63,886 bases of DNA, filler included, from Octopus bimaculoides (GCF_001194135.2; 5 parts of 4 records of this genome joined end to end with filler, not necessarily neighbours in it); one strand, 5' to 3'; shown: positions 38,913-52,603, counted from the first letter of the whole stretch. The notes: a model not told the origin generated them from the sequence alone. Made by a program: numbers and translations.

Positions 38913-39002
38913 CTAGCAGAAATACCCGGCGTACCCGGGTTAAAGAGAATAATGAAATCTAAAAACGCCGTCTAGACTACGCATCATCTTTATATATAGA
39001 GA
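38913..39002 (-). mobile_element. Complete 90-bp non-autonomous mini-Helitron
   Basis: Minus strand: A|TCTCTATATATAAAG...ACCCGG-GTACG-CCGGGT-ATTTCTG-CTAG|T. It has a 5' TC, a 3' hairpin plus CTAG, and sits in an AT dinucleotide with no TSD. Confidence 0.8.
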
Positions 39003-39124
39003 TGTATATACACACACACGCACCCAAACATACGTATATATATGTATATCAATATAAATATATAAAAGTCAATGAATTTTCATAAAAGAAGGTGATCATG
39101 TACATACCTTCTTGCTGTTGTGAT

Positions 39125-39447
39125 TATAACACCTCGTTGTAAACAATGTTCCTTTTTTCCCTTGTGGAGCATATACAGATAGGTTTTTTTTGCTGCCCAC
39201 TCTTGAGCAGCCAACATTCAGTTGTCCATGTGAGAAACAGGGCTCTTCCAAGAGAAGACCATCTACAGACAGTGTTTGACCCTGAGATTTGTTTATGGAC
39301 ATGGCAAAAGTCACACGAAGGGGGAATTGTAGTCTTCTGAATGTAAAAGGAATGTCTGCTCCTGATGGAGTAAGAGGAATTCTTGGAATAAAGACGTCAT
39401 CCCCTTTTGCACATCCAGAAAGAATGGTAGCCTCGATAACGTGTGAC
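39125..39447 (-). mobile_element. Helitron RepHel PIF1-type helicase C-terminal fragment
   Basis: VIEATILSG...VFIPRIPL...FRRLQFPLRVTFAMSINKSQGQTL...PCFSHGQL-x-VGCSRVG. Confidence 0.92.
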
Positions 39448-40789
39448 NNNNNNNNNNNNNNNNNNNNNNNNNNNNNNNNNNNNNNNNNNNNTTAATTAAT
39501 TAANNNNNNNNNNNNNNNNNNNNNNNNNNNNNNNNNNNNNNNNNNNNCCCCCCCCCCCACACCACCACCACCACAAACACCAACCGCGGTATCCATCACC
39601 CACGCCACAAACATCCACCGCTACACCCATAAGCAACAACAAGCATCCACCCGTCACCGACCCAAACATCACCGCGACGACTACCACCATCACACAAAAC
39701 AAACAACACCACTACGACTGTTACAACATCCTTTAGCTACGACCTCCAGATATGACCACCACTACCCTATCTCCATAGCAGCAACCACCGCCACTATATC
39801 ACAACAACATCATTACCATGCTCTGCACGTTATATTACGTACCATGTCAACAGTGTAACGGTGTCAGGAACCGGTGATGGCGCATTTATGTGATCGGTCA
39901 GGCTGCTAGAAATAACAGCTAAGTACGGTTTTCTTCAACGGTAATTTGTCTTGACAGTAAGGGAAGGACACGTACGTCTAAATATACGGGATGGCCATAT
40001 CTAGAGTAAACTTGATTATGGGTCTCCGGGAAATGGGCTAACGTGGGGTTAAACACCGAAAACAACAACAGCAACATTAAGAAAAACAACGCACGTACAG
40101 TCAGCGCTTTGAAGATATACATTTTGCTAGAAACAGCAGCCAGATATCCCTTAATCTATACACAAAAAATACAAAAGTTAAATGCGATATTAAATAATTT
40201 AGACCCGGATAAATCCTCAAAGTCGGAATGGTCACGGAAGTCACATGTTTGATCATAGTTATACTCAGTGTGAGTTTTCTCAGGGTTAAACAAATAGCCA
40301 CAACACAATCATCTCCTCCGCATCGACTGTTTAGTTAAACCATCGTTCTTTTAATCACGATAATTAATTAATTTATATAAATTATGAGGCACGGCAACAT
40401 AATTAGAGGTGGTGGAGCATAATCGATTATTATATCGAGCCAAATGTTTGATTTGTTCTTTAATTAATCGACCTCAGAAAGATGAAAGGTGAAAAGTTTA
40501 CCCTGAGCAGGATTTGAACTCGGAGTGTGAACGCGAACAGCTGTTGCTGAACAGCACACGGCGTTCGGTCCGATGCTGTAACGGTTCTGCTACTGTGCCG
40601 CCCTCTACGTTTGCAATTAAGAAAACAACAGCCCAAATACTTGTACTATTACTACACGCAGATCAACCAATGCCACAACAAATATTTCTGCAATCAGAAT
40701 CAAGATACCCGCCCTCTCCCCTTGCAATAAATAAAAGCAGTAACGACAAATACTCCCATTAACGCAATAGTACAGTCTCTACCAAACTA

Positions 40790-41018
40790 CTACCACCACG
40801 GATCGAACCTTTCAGCTAACAGTTCAGAACTTTTCGGCGCGAGTGCAAAACGATCACAGTACTGAGACATCATCGGCAAAAGACTAATATCACTAGCATC
40901 GCAGTTGCCAACGGCAACACAGCCGCCGCTGTCGCCGTCGCCGTGACCGAGGCCGTCACCACCGACTCCGACGCCACTGCTTCTCCCATCGCCGGCTCTA
41001 TTACAAACTGCACGTGAA
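40790..41018 (-). CDS. Candidate exon of an unidentified minus-strand gene
   Basis: Long polypyrimidine tract ending CCGTAG (AG at 41020-41019), followed by GC-rich sequence with two open frames. Confidence 0.35.
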
Positions 41019-41424
41019 CTACGGAAAAAAAAAACAAAAACAAAGAATAAGAAAAAACAAAAACAAACATCAACACAATTTTTAGAACAACCACAACACT
41101 CGAACAGAAACGANNNNNNNNNNNNNNNNNNNNNNNNNNNNNNNNNNNNNNNNNNNNNNNNNNNNNNNNNNNNNNNNNNNNNNNNNNNNNNNNNNNNNNN
41201 NNNNNNNNNNNNNNNNNNNNNNNNNNNNNNNNNNNNNNNNNNNNNNNNNNNNNNNNNNNNNNNNNNNNNNNNNNNNNNNNNNNNNNNNNNNNNNNNNNNN
41301 NNNNNNNNNNNNNNNNNNNNNNNNNNNNNNNNNNNNNNNNNNNNNNNNNNNNNNNNNNNNNNNNNNNNNNNNNNNNNNNNNNNNNNNNNNNNNNNNNNNN
41401 NNNNNNNNNNNNNNNNNNNNNNNN

Positions 41425-41456
<32 letters not shown>

Positions 41457-42129
41457 ACGTACATAGTGTACAAAAATACATTGAAATACACGCGCGCACG
41501 GACTGACTCACACACCCTCATATATACATGCACGCACTCTTCTCAAAAAGATGAAAGGTTAAAAAGTTAACCCTAGCAGGATTTGAACTCGGAATGTAAG
41601 CATATACATGCACACAGACATACACACACACACGCCCACACACGCCCCCCCCACACACACACATCTATGTGAATAATAAGTTTGCATAATTATATAGTGA
41701 TATACGTACGTATGCATCTCTATACGTCGGTATGTAGATCCATCGCGACGGCACACGGGGTGTTGATGCAATAAATAACGCTGCTGGATAAGAATAGCGG
41801 ATACACACATGTACAGAGAGAAGCATGGAGATCAGTTGAAAGACTTTCAACTGCCGAGTGTTCACTTAATATTCTCTTAATCATATACATTTGAACGATA
41901 CATGTAGCGGCATAAACACACATGTAGCTGTATGCGTGCGTATATACGGGACTGTTGTGTATAGAACATGTACGTGTCAAGAAATCGATAGCAAGGTAAG
42001 ACGCTTCAAAGTTTTCATAAAGTTGTGGTTGGAAATCTTTCTCGCTTCATTTTTCTTTTTTTTTTTCCTTCTTGCGGTATAAATACGATTGTAATACATA
42101 TATATATATGAGTGCGTGTGTACGTACGT

Positions 42130-42184
<55 letters not shown>

Positions 42185-42329
42185 AATGTGATTGTGCTTG
42201 TGTACGCATGTATGTGCTGGTTTGTGAGCGTGTGTCCGTGTGTCCATCTTTCTATGAGTAATATAATGGTAATATAAAGTTAAAATTTATACATACTTAT
42301 GTATGAATAAATGTGTATTTCCATTCATG

Positions 42330-42409
<80 letters not shown>

Positions 42410-42641
42410 TCAATCAATGTGTTAATGCGTGTACACACATGTATATAATATAAACGGAATGTAAAACTTACACATCCTTTTACTATACATGCGAACACAC
42501 GCTAACACAAACATATACAAATATTGATATCAGTCTGTCTCTCTTTCTCTCTCTCTCTCTATCTCTCTCTCTCTATCTCTCTCTCTGTGTCTGGCTCTCA
42601 CTCTGTCTCTGTCTGCCTGTCTCTCTCTCTCTCTCTCTTTC

Positions 42642-42674
<33 letters not shown>

Positions 42675-44574
42675 ATGTGAGTATGCATATATATATATAT
42701 ATACATATAAGTATATGCATATATATACATACATACACAAACACATGTATTAACATACTTGCACACACACATATATCTATAAAAGAATAAGATAATATAT
42801 ACACACACATATATACATACATACACACACATATATACATAAATATTCATACACACATACACACACACACATACACAGACACACACACAGACACACACAC
42901 AATACATGCATATATCGCTTTTGTGGAATTGGTTCGGCGAAGTACTTATACAACATTTTCAACTATAAATATAAACATGTAAATATTGCTTTGGAAAAAC
43001 TCCTTTTGGATAGAAAACTTCAAGGGCAGCCTGTCGGCCTCGAGGCCACATCTTTTGTAGATATGACAGGTATTATACCATTGGGTCTATGTGTGCTTGT
43101 GTGTTTGTCTGGAAAGAAGTACGGTACGGTTAGTATATAAGAATCCTTGGGCTCGGTCCCATGGCATTGTGTCCTCAATAACTGTTATTTTTCTACTGCA
43201 CGAAACCGACCCTTGTCTTACGGCCGTACTTCTACAGAATGGAAATGTATAAATGCATAAAAGTCTACCGAACGTATTGTACCTGTACTTCAAAGTCCGG
43301 CACGCGGTGTCAAGTTGCTTCTACCTGTGAATCACGATAACGGCATAAATAACTGAGGAATACTCAGGTACTTAAATGCTGATTCTATGATTTGGGAGGG
43401 GAGTTAAACGAACCACAATCATCATAGAAGCAATTTGTAGGTGCGCGTGTGTGTGTGAGTGTGTCTGTTTGCGAAAGTGTGTGTGTGTGTCTTTGTGTTT
43501 GTGTTTGTCTTCTACCGATGCTTTTACAGCCGGTGTTGGTGTGTTTACGCCCCCGTAACCCAACGGTTCGGCAAAACAGCCCGATTGAATAAGTACCATG
43601 CTAAAATAGAAATTAAGTACCAAGGTCGGTTAGTTCGACTAAAATTCTTCGAAGCGGTGCCTCTGCGTGGCCGCAGTCTAATGATTGAAACAAGTACAAT
43701 TTCGTCGCTGTTTTACACAGACATGAATATACATAAACATATACATACATAGATACACACATACTTACATATGTGCACGCACACACGCACACAAACGTAT
43801 ATGCATGTATACACACACACATACAGACGTAAATATATACATACATATACACACATGCATGCCTATATATCTACATAAATGCATGCATACATATTCTTTT
43901 CTACTCTAGGCACAAGGCCCGAATTTTGGGGGAGGGGGCCAGAGAACTAGATCGATCCCAGTACGTAACTGGGACTTAATTTATCGACTTCAAAAGGATG
44001 AAAGGCAAAATCGACCTCGGCGGAATTTGAACTTAGAACATGAAAACAGACGAAATACTGCTAAGCATGTCGCCCGGGAACATGCATATATATTAACGTA
44101 CATACAAGCTTAGATATATACGTACATGCACGCATACAGGGACAGATATACACAAACAACTTTATATGTAAACATTGTATACATTCAGGCAAGCATGTCG
44201 TCGTAACCACGTGGCTTCGGGTTCAGTTCCACCGCATGATATTTTGGTGGAGCCACATGTAGTGCAATGCTTTGTAAGTGATAATGAAACAGAATGGAAA
44301 CCGGTCGTATGTGCGGATGAGCGAGTATGTCATTTTGCGCTGTATATGTGTGCGCTTAACGTGCAGGCTGTGGTTAAAGAATTGGCTTCACATAGGTATA
44401 ATTTCGGGTAGCAAATGGTCGTAGCAAAGTGTAAAAAGGTGGGTGTGTGTGTGTGTATACAGGTATACATATATTCATAGAAACACACATGTACGCATAC
44501 ATACGTAGATGCATGAACACTTATACATATACACAATACACCGACACTAACACACACATAAATGTATGTGTGCG

Positions 44575-44629
<55 letters not shown>

Positions 44630-45820
44630 GTGAAAGTTTTTGCGTTTGGCCGCAAACTATTCACTGGCGGTATGGGTTTGTTCGCATTCCCGTTAGCTAT
44701 TCGACGAAAGCCCGATAAGTCAAGACTTACAAATAGTNNNNNNNNNNNNNNNNNNNNNNNNNNNNNNNNNNNNNNNNNNNNNNNNNNNNNNNNNNNNNNN
44801 NNNNNNNNNNNNNNNNNNNNNNNNNNNNNNNNNNNNNNNNNNNNNNNNNNNNNNNNNNNNNNNNNNNNNNNNNNNNNNNNNNNNNNNNNNNNNNNNNNNN
44901 NNNNNNNNNNNNNNNNNNNNNNNNNNNNNNNNNNNNNNNNNNNNNNNNNNNNNNNNNNNNNNNNNNNNNNNNNNNNNNNNNNNNNNNNNNNNNNNNNNNN
45001 NNNNNNNNNNNNNNNNNNNNNNNNNNNNNNNNNNNNNNNNNNNNNNNNNNNNNNNNNNNNNNNNNNNNNNNNNNNNNNNNNNNNNNNNNNNNNNNNNNNN
45101 NNNNNNNNNNNNNNNNNNNNNNNNNNNNNNNNNNNNNNNNNNNNNNNNNNNNNNNNNNNNNNNNNNNNNNNNNNNNNNNNNNNNNNNNNNNNNNNNNNNN
45201 NNNNNNNNNNNNNNNNNNNNNNNNNNNNNNNNNNNNNNNNNNNNNNNNNNNNNNNNNNNNNNNNNNNNNNNNNNNNNNNNNNNNNNNNNNNNNNNNNNNN
45301 NNNNNNNNNNNNNNNNNNNNNNNNNNNNNNNNNNNNNNNNNNNNNNNNNNNNNNNNNNNNNNNNNNNNNNNNNNNNNNNNNNNNNNNNNNNNNNNNNNNN
45401 NNNNNNNNNNNNNNNNNNNNNNNNNNNNNNNNNNNNNNNNNNNNNNNNNNNNNNNNNNNNNNNNNNNNNNNNNNNNNNNNNNNNNNNNNNNNNNNNNNNN
45501 NNNNNNNNNNNNNNNNNNNNNNNNNNNNNNNNNNNNNNNNNNNNNNNNNNNNNNNNNNNNNNNNNNNNNNNNNNNNNNNNNNNNNNNNNNNNNNNNNNNN
45601 NNNNNNNNNNNNNNNNNNNNNNNNNNNNNNNNNNNNTTTTTTCCTTCCTTCCCCCTCCCAAAAAGAAAAGCTCTACACTGTATTTGTCCCATCTTCGTTG
45701 AGCCCTGTGTGGCTAATAAAAGAAATGTATCTATCTATCTATCTATCTATCAGTCTGTATATCTCTCTGTCTGTCCGTCCGTCTGTCTGTCTATCTATCT
45801 ATCCATCCATACAACCATAC

Positions 45821-45865
<45 letters not shown>

Positions 45866-46125
45866 AAATTATTAGCTGAAATATTTAGCTGAAGATCAGA
45901 ATGGAGTATTCCATGCTCTTAACTGTGAAACGGTCGTACTAAATTAACTAAAGGCAAGTTGTTTTTTTACTCTTCTCTACTGTTTTTTGTTCTGTGTGTA
46001 TCAAAAATATCGCTATCAATTTAGAGTAAAATTTGTAGTTTTGGAATCAGTAGTTCTTTGGCTGCTATTTCTGAATTCTCAGTATGTTGGAGAAGCAGGT
46101 TACTGTCAATCCCTATATGTTTATG

Positions 46126-46158
<33 letters not shown>

Positions 46159-46695
46159 NNNNNNNNNNNNNNNNNNNNNNNNNNNNNNNNNNNNNNNNNN
46201 NNNNNNNNNNNNNNNNNNNNNNNNNNNNNNNNNNNNNNNNNNNNNNNNNNNNNNNNNNNNNNNNNNNNNNNNNNNNNNNNNNNNNNNNNNNNNNNNNNNN
46301 NNNNNNNNNNNNNNNNNNNNNNNNNNNNNNNNNNNNNNNNNNNNNNNNNNNNNNNNNNNNNNNNNNNNNNNNNNNNNNNNNNNNNNNNNNNNNNNNNNNN
46401 NNNNNNNNNNNNNNNNNNNNNNNNNNNNNNNNNNNNNNNNNNNNNNNNNNNNNNNNNNNNNNNNNNNNNNNNNNNNNNNNNNNNNNNNNNNNNNNNNNNN
46501 NNNNNNNNNNNNNNNNNNNNNNNNNNNNNNNNNNNNNNNNNNNNNNNNNNNNNNNNNNNNNNNNNNNNNNNNNNNNNNNNNNNNNNNNNNNNNNNNNNNN
46601 NNNNNNNNNNNNNNNNNNNNNNNNNNNNNNNNNNNNNNNNNNNNNNNNNNNNNNNNNNNNNNNNNNNNNNNNNNNNNNNNNNNNNNNNNNNNNNN

Positions 46696-47037
46696 TGATC
46701 CGATCAACGGAACAGCCTGCTCGTGAAATGAACGTGCAAGTGGCTGAGCACTCCACAGACACGTGTACCCTTAACGTAGTTCTCGGGGATATTCAGCGTG
46801 ACACGCTGTGACAAGGCTGACCCTTTGAATTACAGGCACAACAGAAACAGGAAGTAAGAGTGAGAGAAAGTTGTGGTGAAAGAGTACAGCAGGGTTCGCC
46901 ACCATCCCCTGCTGGAGCTTCGTGGAGCTTTAGGTGTTTTCGCTCAATAAACACTCACAACGCCCGGTCTGGGAATCGAAACGGCGATCCTATGACCGCG
47001 AGTCCGCTTCCCTAACCACTGGGCCATTGCGGCTCCA
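46696..47037 (-). mobile_element. tRNA-derived SINE (third family)
   Basis: Minus strand starts ggagccgcaatggcccagtggttaggg...gtttcgattcccag (A and B boxes), followed by a GC-balanced central domain. Confidence 0.8.
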
Positions 47038-48239
47038 TAGTTATATAAGTATATATGTGTACATACATACATATACATACATACATACATACATACATAC
47101 ATACATACATACGTACGTACATACATACACAGCCATATATCAAAGTCGAGAAGGTATATTAAAATCGAGGTGTATTTATCAATGAAACAATTTCACCTGA
47201 TGAACTAGCTCTAATTGTGCATTATCTTCTCTGAACTCCCCGTATTTCGAATTAATGTACAGGTGTGAGCAGCTTGTTTCCGTTTTTATTACTAAATACG
47301 AGAGTATAAGCTATTTACATGCTTTGAAACTACTGAAAGAAACTTTTAGCGGATCTTATATANNNNNNNNNNNNNNNNNNNNNNNNNNNNNNNNNNNNNN
47401 NNNNNNNNNNNNNNNNNNNNNNNNNNNNNNNNNNNNNNNNNNNNNNNNNNNNNNNNNNNNNNTGCACTCACATATATATATATATATATATTAACCGACA
47501 ACGAATATGAGATCCCAGTACCAGTCAGATTCCATTTCATATGTCAGACACAGACATACGAGTAAAAATTAAGTCCCTCAAATTCCAGGTCTTCCCTCTC
47601 TACTTATATTCAGTGAATACCATAGATGAATCAGGGATAAACAAAGAAATATTTTTATACAAAAGTACAAACCCAAACTGTAACAGAGTACATACACAAA
47701 TAACCATAGATGCGCAAAACTCATTCTGCCACTTAACATGAGGAACCCACAGAGCTAACAACCTAAACTTTAGCCACTGCACTGAATACAAACGACTCCT
47801 GGCTACTCGTCCACCAGATTAAACTGGTGTGCTTTGTGTGTAACGAAACATGTTCACTCAACCGTATTTGCCTTCATTTTAGGTGCAAAATATACTCCCA
47901 CGTGACACTAACGCACGTACGTAGCGGGAAACATACAAAAGATTCTAAACTTAATCACGTGTTCATTCTCTACAAACACTAGACAGAAAACATCCAGAGC
48001 ATGGGTCATTTGGCACTACTACTAGACGTCTTCAAGTCAATCGTGTGAGCCTTATGTTACGACACTAAACATTGTCATTGATACTAACACACGGACGTGG
48101 CGGGGAACCTACAAATATTTCTGAGACCAATAAAACTCTATTCAAAACATATACTAATTTGAACCATGAGCTCCCTATGAAAAATAGGGCAAGCTTCAAG
48201 CACTATTCTGAAGCAAAACAGCTGCGACATAAGCCACGT

Positions 48240-48570
48240 CTTTCTATTTCATATTTATCCATTTCCAAAATCCCCAAGTACTTATAACCCGTCTCTTCTA
48301 TCTGCATCATAACCTCCCACGACGCTATCGTTAGCCCGGTCCATACATATGATTTTGCCTATCTTCAAGACTAACACTCCTTAGTTTCTCAGTCCGAACG
48401 TATATACTGTATCAACGAAGCAACTGACTTGGGCTTCCTCTTTGCTATAAAGTTTGAGGTCGTCCATGACTAACAAATGGTTGACATTTTGTTGGCGGCT
48501 TTTGAACACACAGCCAGCTTTTGCTTTCCTCAGAATCAGTGTTAGTGGTACCAAGCACATTACAGAGATC
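48240..48570 (-). mobile_element. R4/Dong-like RT fragment
   Basis: NHLLVMDDLKLYSK and ETGYKYLGILE. Confidence 0.85.
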
Positions 48571-48835
48571 AATAATCAATAAGCAAATACAATAATCACT
48601 GATCTATGTACTGTTAATTATATATATATATATATATATATAATTGAAGCAAAAAACATCGAAGATTTTATCTACAGAGATGAAGAGCGGAATTGATAAC
48701 ACATCGTTAAACACCTAATATGTTTTTTAGAAAGCAACAGATAGTGCATGTCTATACTGAATTAGCTAATACATACATACATACATACATTTGCAATGTA
48801 TATATACGTGTGTATATATGATGATGATGAGGATG

Positions 48836-48892
<57 letters not shown>

Positions 48893-49128
48893 TAGACAGA
48901 CAGAGGGACAGATAAACAGAGTGAAGGTCAGAATTGTCTCTATTGTTCTTTAGCTAGAGTTTGGTTGTACCGAGAAAAAGTGAGAAAGTTTTCTCTGTGA
49001 AATCCATCTCAAGTTTTACGTACTTTAAAACTGTTTTACGTATACTAACATTTAGTATTTGTAATTTTCTGTCGAAACCAACGGTAGGAGCCTAGACCTC
49101 ACACACAGACACACACACAAACATGCAC

Positions 49129-49166
<38 letters not shown>

Positions 49167-49354
49167 NNNNNNNNNNNNNNNNNNNNNNNNNNNNNNNNNN
49201 NNNNNNNNNNTTAATTAATTAANNNNNNNNNNNNNNNNNNNNNNNNNNNNNNNNNNNNNNNNNNNNACATGTATGTATGTATGTATGTATGTATGTATGT
49301 ATGTATGTATGTATGTATGTATACATGTGTGTGTGTGCTTGTGTGTAATCATCT

Positions 49355-50265
49355 GATTTACTATTCCACCAACACATCTTCAGGTTCTTTTTCAAAGTAT
49401 TGTTAATCTAATTTTACATCACCTTAAAATTGAGCGTTAAATTAAACATTAAATTTCTTTTTCTTTGAAAAACTGTTCAACTATAGTAAAAATGGATTCG
49501 CTTTTAGAGTCTGTTTTAAGTTCCTTTACAAACAATAAATCCTACACAATTTTCTGATCTTTAATAAAGCGAACGTATCCTAAAAGCAATGCTTCATTGC
49601 CTAGGAGAGTCGGCTGGTCCAATTGTAAACCAAATTGTTGATTTTTAAGTATTGTAAATAACATTTCTTCAATGTCCTCAGCCATTTCATCAATTCTTTC
49701 CACAGAATAATTACAAAGTGGAATCGTTCTGATAATTCCACTTGGGGAAGGATGATGTACTACTGTAGAAAGAGCTTCCTCGATAGCTAGCAAAATGAGT
49801 TGTTCTCCAATTGTATAAGGTTTCCCTGATCTGGCAATCATCCTCGAGATAATGTATACACAAACAAGTTCTTCATCGCATTTCTGTGATTAGTTTGTCA
49901 TAAGTAGGCGAATAGATTTTCTGTTGCACAATTCATCTCGTTGATTTTTAAAGTACGACAAATCTTTGTTTGCTTTATCGGGGTGTATCTTGTTTAAATG
50001 ATGGGAAAACCTAGATGGCTTCATGGCCTCATTCGAAAAAGCTTCCTCGTGAAGACACATTGACTGTTATTCATTATCAGAAGCAATAATTATTCCAAAT
50101 ATTCAACACTATACTGTCTGCATTTTCGCTTTGATGAGTTTTGCTGACATGATTATAGGTGAACTCAAAGTAAACTAAAAAATTACAAATAATGCCAGCA
50201 ACCACCATTAATTCTTCAAAAACTATTGAGGTACAGGGGTACTTTTTTCATGAAATAATAGTACT
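49355..50265 (-). mobile_element. hAT (Buster/Charlie, ZBED5/SCAND3-like) transposase remnant
   Basis: FSNEAMKPSR..HL..IHPDKANKDLSYF and IARSGKPYTIGEQLI...IDEMAEDIE...FGLQLD...NEALLLGYVRFI. Confidence 0.9.
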
Positions 50266-50346
50266 TTGTCAAACCAATAAAGAGTTTATGACTGAAAGAC
50301 CAACTTTACAATAGTTTCTCCAACTAAATAAGCTGCAGTTCTATAT

Positions 50347-50422
50347 TTGAGAGATGAGAAATTATGTACATTATTTACATTATTTATATTTGACAGATAT
50401 TTGTCCTCATCTTGTTTGTTGT
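50347..50422 (-). mobile_element. Second copy of the Penelope pLTR-like repeat, truncated by a gap
   Basis: Near-identical to 8021-8091. Confidence 0.7.
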
Positions 50423-51562
50423 NNNNNNNNNNNNNNNNNNNNNNNNNNNNNNNNNNNNNNNNNNNNNNNNNNNNNNNNNNNNNNNNNNNNNNNNNNNNNN
50501 NNNNNNNNNNNNNNNNNNNNNNNNNNNNNNNNNNNNNNNNNNNNNNNNNNNNNNNNNNNNNNNNNNNNNNNNNNNNNNNNNNNNNNNNNNNNNNNNNNNT
50601 GTGTGTGTGTGTGTGTGTTTATTACGTGGTTGTCCGACCTACTATAAATAGTAGCCAACACTCTTTGAATTCATATCATACCGACTGAAATGAAGAAGGA
50701 ATCACTGAACTATGAACGCCAAAAAATATAAAATGGTGAGTTGTTACAGCTGCAATATCTTTGATATTTATAGATATTTATCTTCATCGATTAAGGCTGC
50801 CCTGGGGCTAAATAACAACAAACAATAAATATCAATGATGCAGCTTTTCTGATTACTCGACGTACAGGAAATAGCAAATAACTCTCCTTTAAAACGCAAA
50901 TTATAGTCTTTAAAAATGAAGGATATATCTCATAACGTTGTCCTAAGTATGCCTAAGGAGATAGGAATTTTTTGTCTGAAAGGTCTCCCATCATAAGTCT
51001 TTTTAACCTGATCCGGCCAAGGGTTAAACAATAACAGCAGCAACAACAACAACAACACAATAAACAATATGGTCCTAGATACACTATATCCGGTAAAAGG
51101 AACAGAATGGTCAAAATAGAACGATTTTTATTGCACATCTTCTGGATCATGACTGACCCGAGTTTAGCAACATCGACCATAAAGTCTCCTGTCCATTTAT
51201 CGATATTATTGAGCAAAATATAAAGAATCGATTTGTTAGACGAGAATCTTTTCCGAAGAAATTATCAGACTGCTGGCAGCTATGGTTACCATTCTAAATA
51301 TACTTTTGCCTGTGTATATGTGTGTATGAGTTTCGTTGTGTATATATGTGTATGCGTGCGTGTCCATATCTGCGTGCTTACCTGTTTATGTGTGACTTAC
51401 TGCTAGAGTGTGCCATTCATGAATGCGATCATGTGCCTATGCGCCTGTCAGCATGTGTCTTTAGATGTATAGTTGCATATATATAATACATTACAGAAAC
51501 TTATATATGCACATGCTCTATATTTGTATCTATCTCACACACACACATATTTGTATATATTC

Positions 51563-51598
<36 letters not shown>

Positions 51599-51931
51599 NN
51601 NNNNNNNNNNNNNNNNNNNNNNNNNNNNNNNNNNNNNNNNNNNNNNNNNNNNNNNNNNNNNNNNNNNNNNNNNNNNNNNNNNNNNNNNNNNNNNNNNNNN
51701 NNNNNNNNNNNNNNNNNNNNNNNNNNNNNNNNNNNNNNNNNNNNNNNNNNNNNNNNNNNNNNNNNNNNNNNNNNNNNNNNNNNNNNNNNNNNNNNNNNNN
51801 NNNNNNNNNNNNNNNNNNNNNNNNNNNNNNNNNNNNNNNNNNNNNNNNNNNNNNNNNNNNNNNNNNNNNNNNNNNNNNNNNNNNNNNNNNNNNNNNNNNN
51901 NNNNNNNNNNNNNNNNNNNNNNNNNNNNNNN

Positions 51932-52603
51932 AAGACTGTACAGTGTGCATTTGTGAGAGAGTTCTCTAAAAAGTTACCAACGGCAATGCAGCTTTGGACA
52001 TGGCACAAAAAACTCAAAGAGAAAGGCTGTCTGTGTAGGGCAAAAGGATCTGGATGACAACTAACATCGGAAGATACGGTCCAGCGGGTTTACCAAAAAC
52101 TCTTGCGAAGCCTCAAAAAGTCCATAAGAAGAAAAACTCTGGAAACTCTGAATTTTTCCAACGATAGTTTGGCGCGTCCTGAGGAAACGCTTGCTAATGA
52201 AACCCTACAAGCTGCAGCTCATTCAGGCCATAACGGCAGATGACAAGCGAGAGCGCAAACAATTCGGTGTTGATATGCAAAGAACGTCTTGTTTCCGGCA
52301 AACCGAGAGGAACTCGAGCAGAGAATCACTACCGCACTAGAGACACTTACCCAAGACATGCTACAGCGTGTTTGGGAGGAGCTGGACTACCGACTTGATG
52401 ACTGCCGTGTCTCAGGCGGCGTGCATATTGAACATTTGTGAAATCGTTCATGGAATCCACATACCTTTGAATTTCTCATTCAAATTTGGAGGAATAAATC
52501 TTATGTTGCTCAACATTAAGCCTGTTTAGTTTCAATTGCTTTGACTATGTAGTTTCTTTGATATTTACATCTCAAATGATCAGGTTTTTTGAAACACCAT
52601 GTA
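51932..52603 (+). mobile_element. Tc1/mariner-superfamily element, internally deleted
   Basis: HTH region VQCAFVREF..W..K.KE.GC, C-terminus MLQRVWEELDYRLD.CR..GG.HIEHL*, and a right TIR-like end ttttttgaaacaccatg followed by TA. Confidence 0.8.

Noticed and set aside
46960-47037. tRNA gene
   Set aside because: A and B boxes are present but there is no complete cloverleaf, and it continues into a SINE body.
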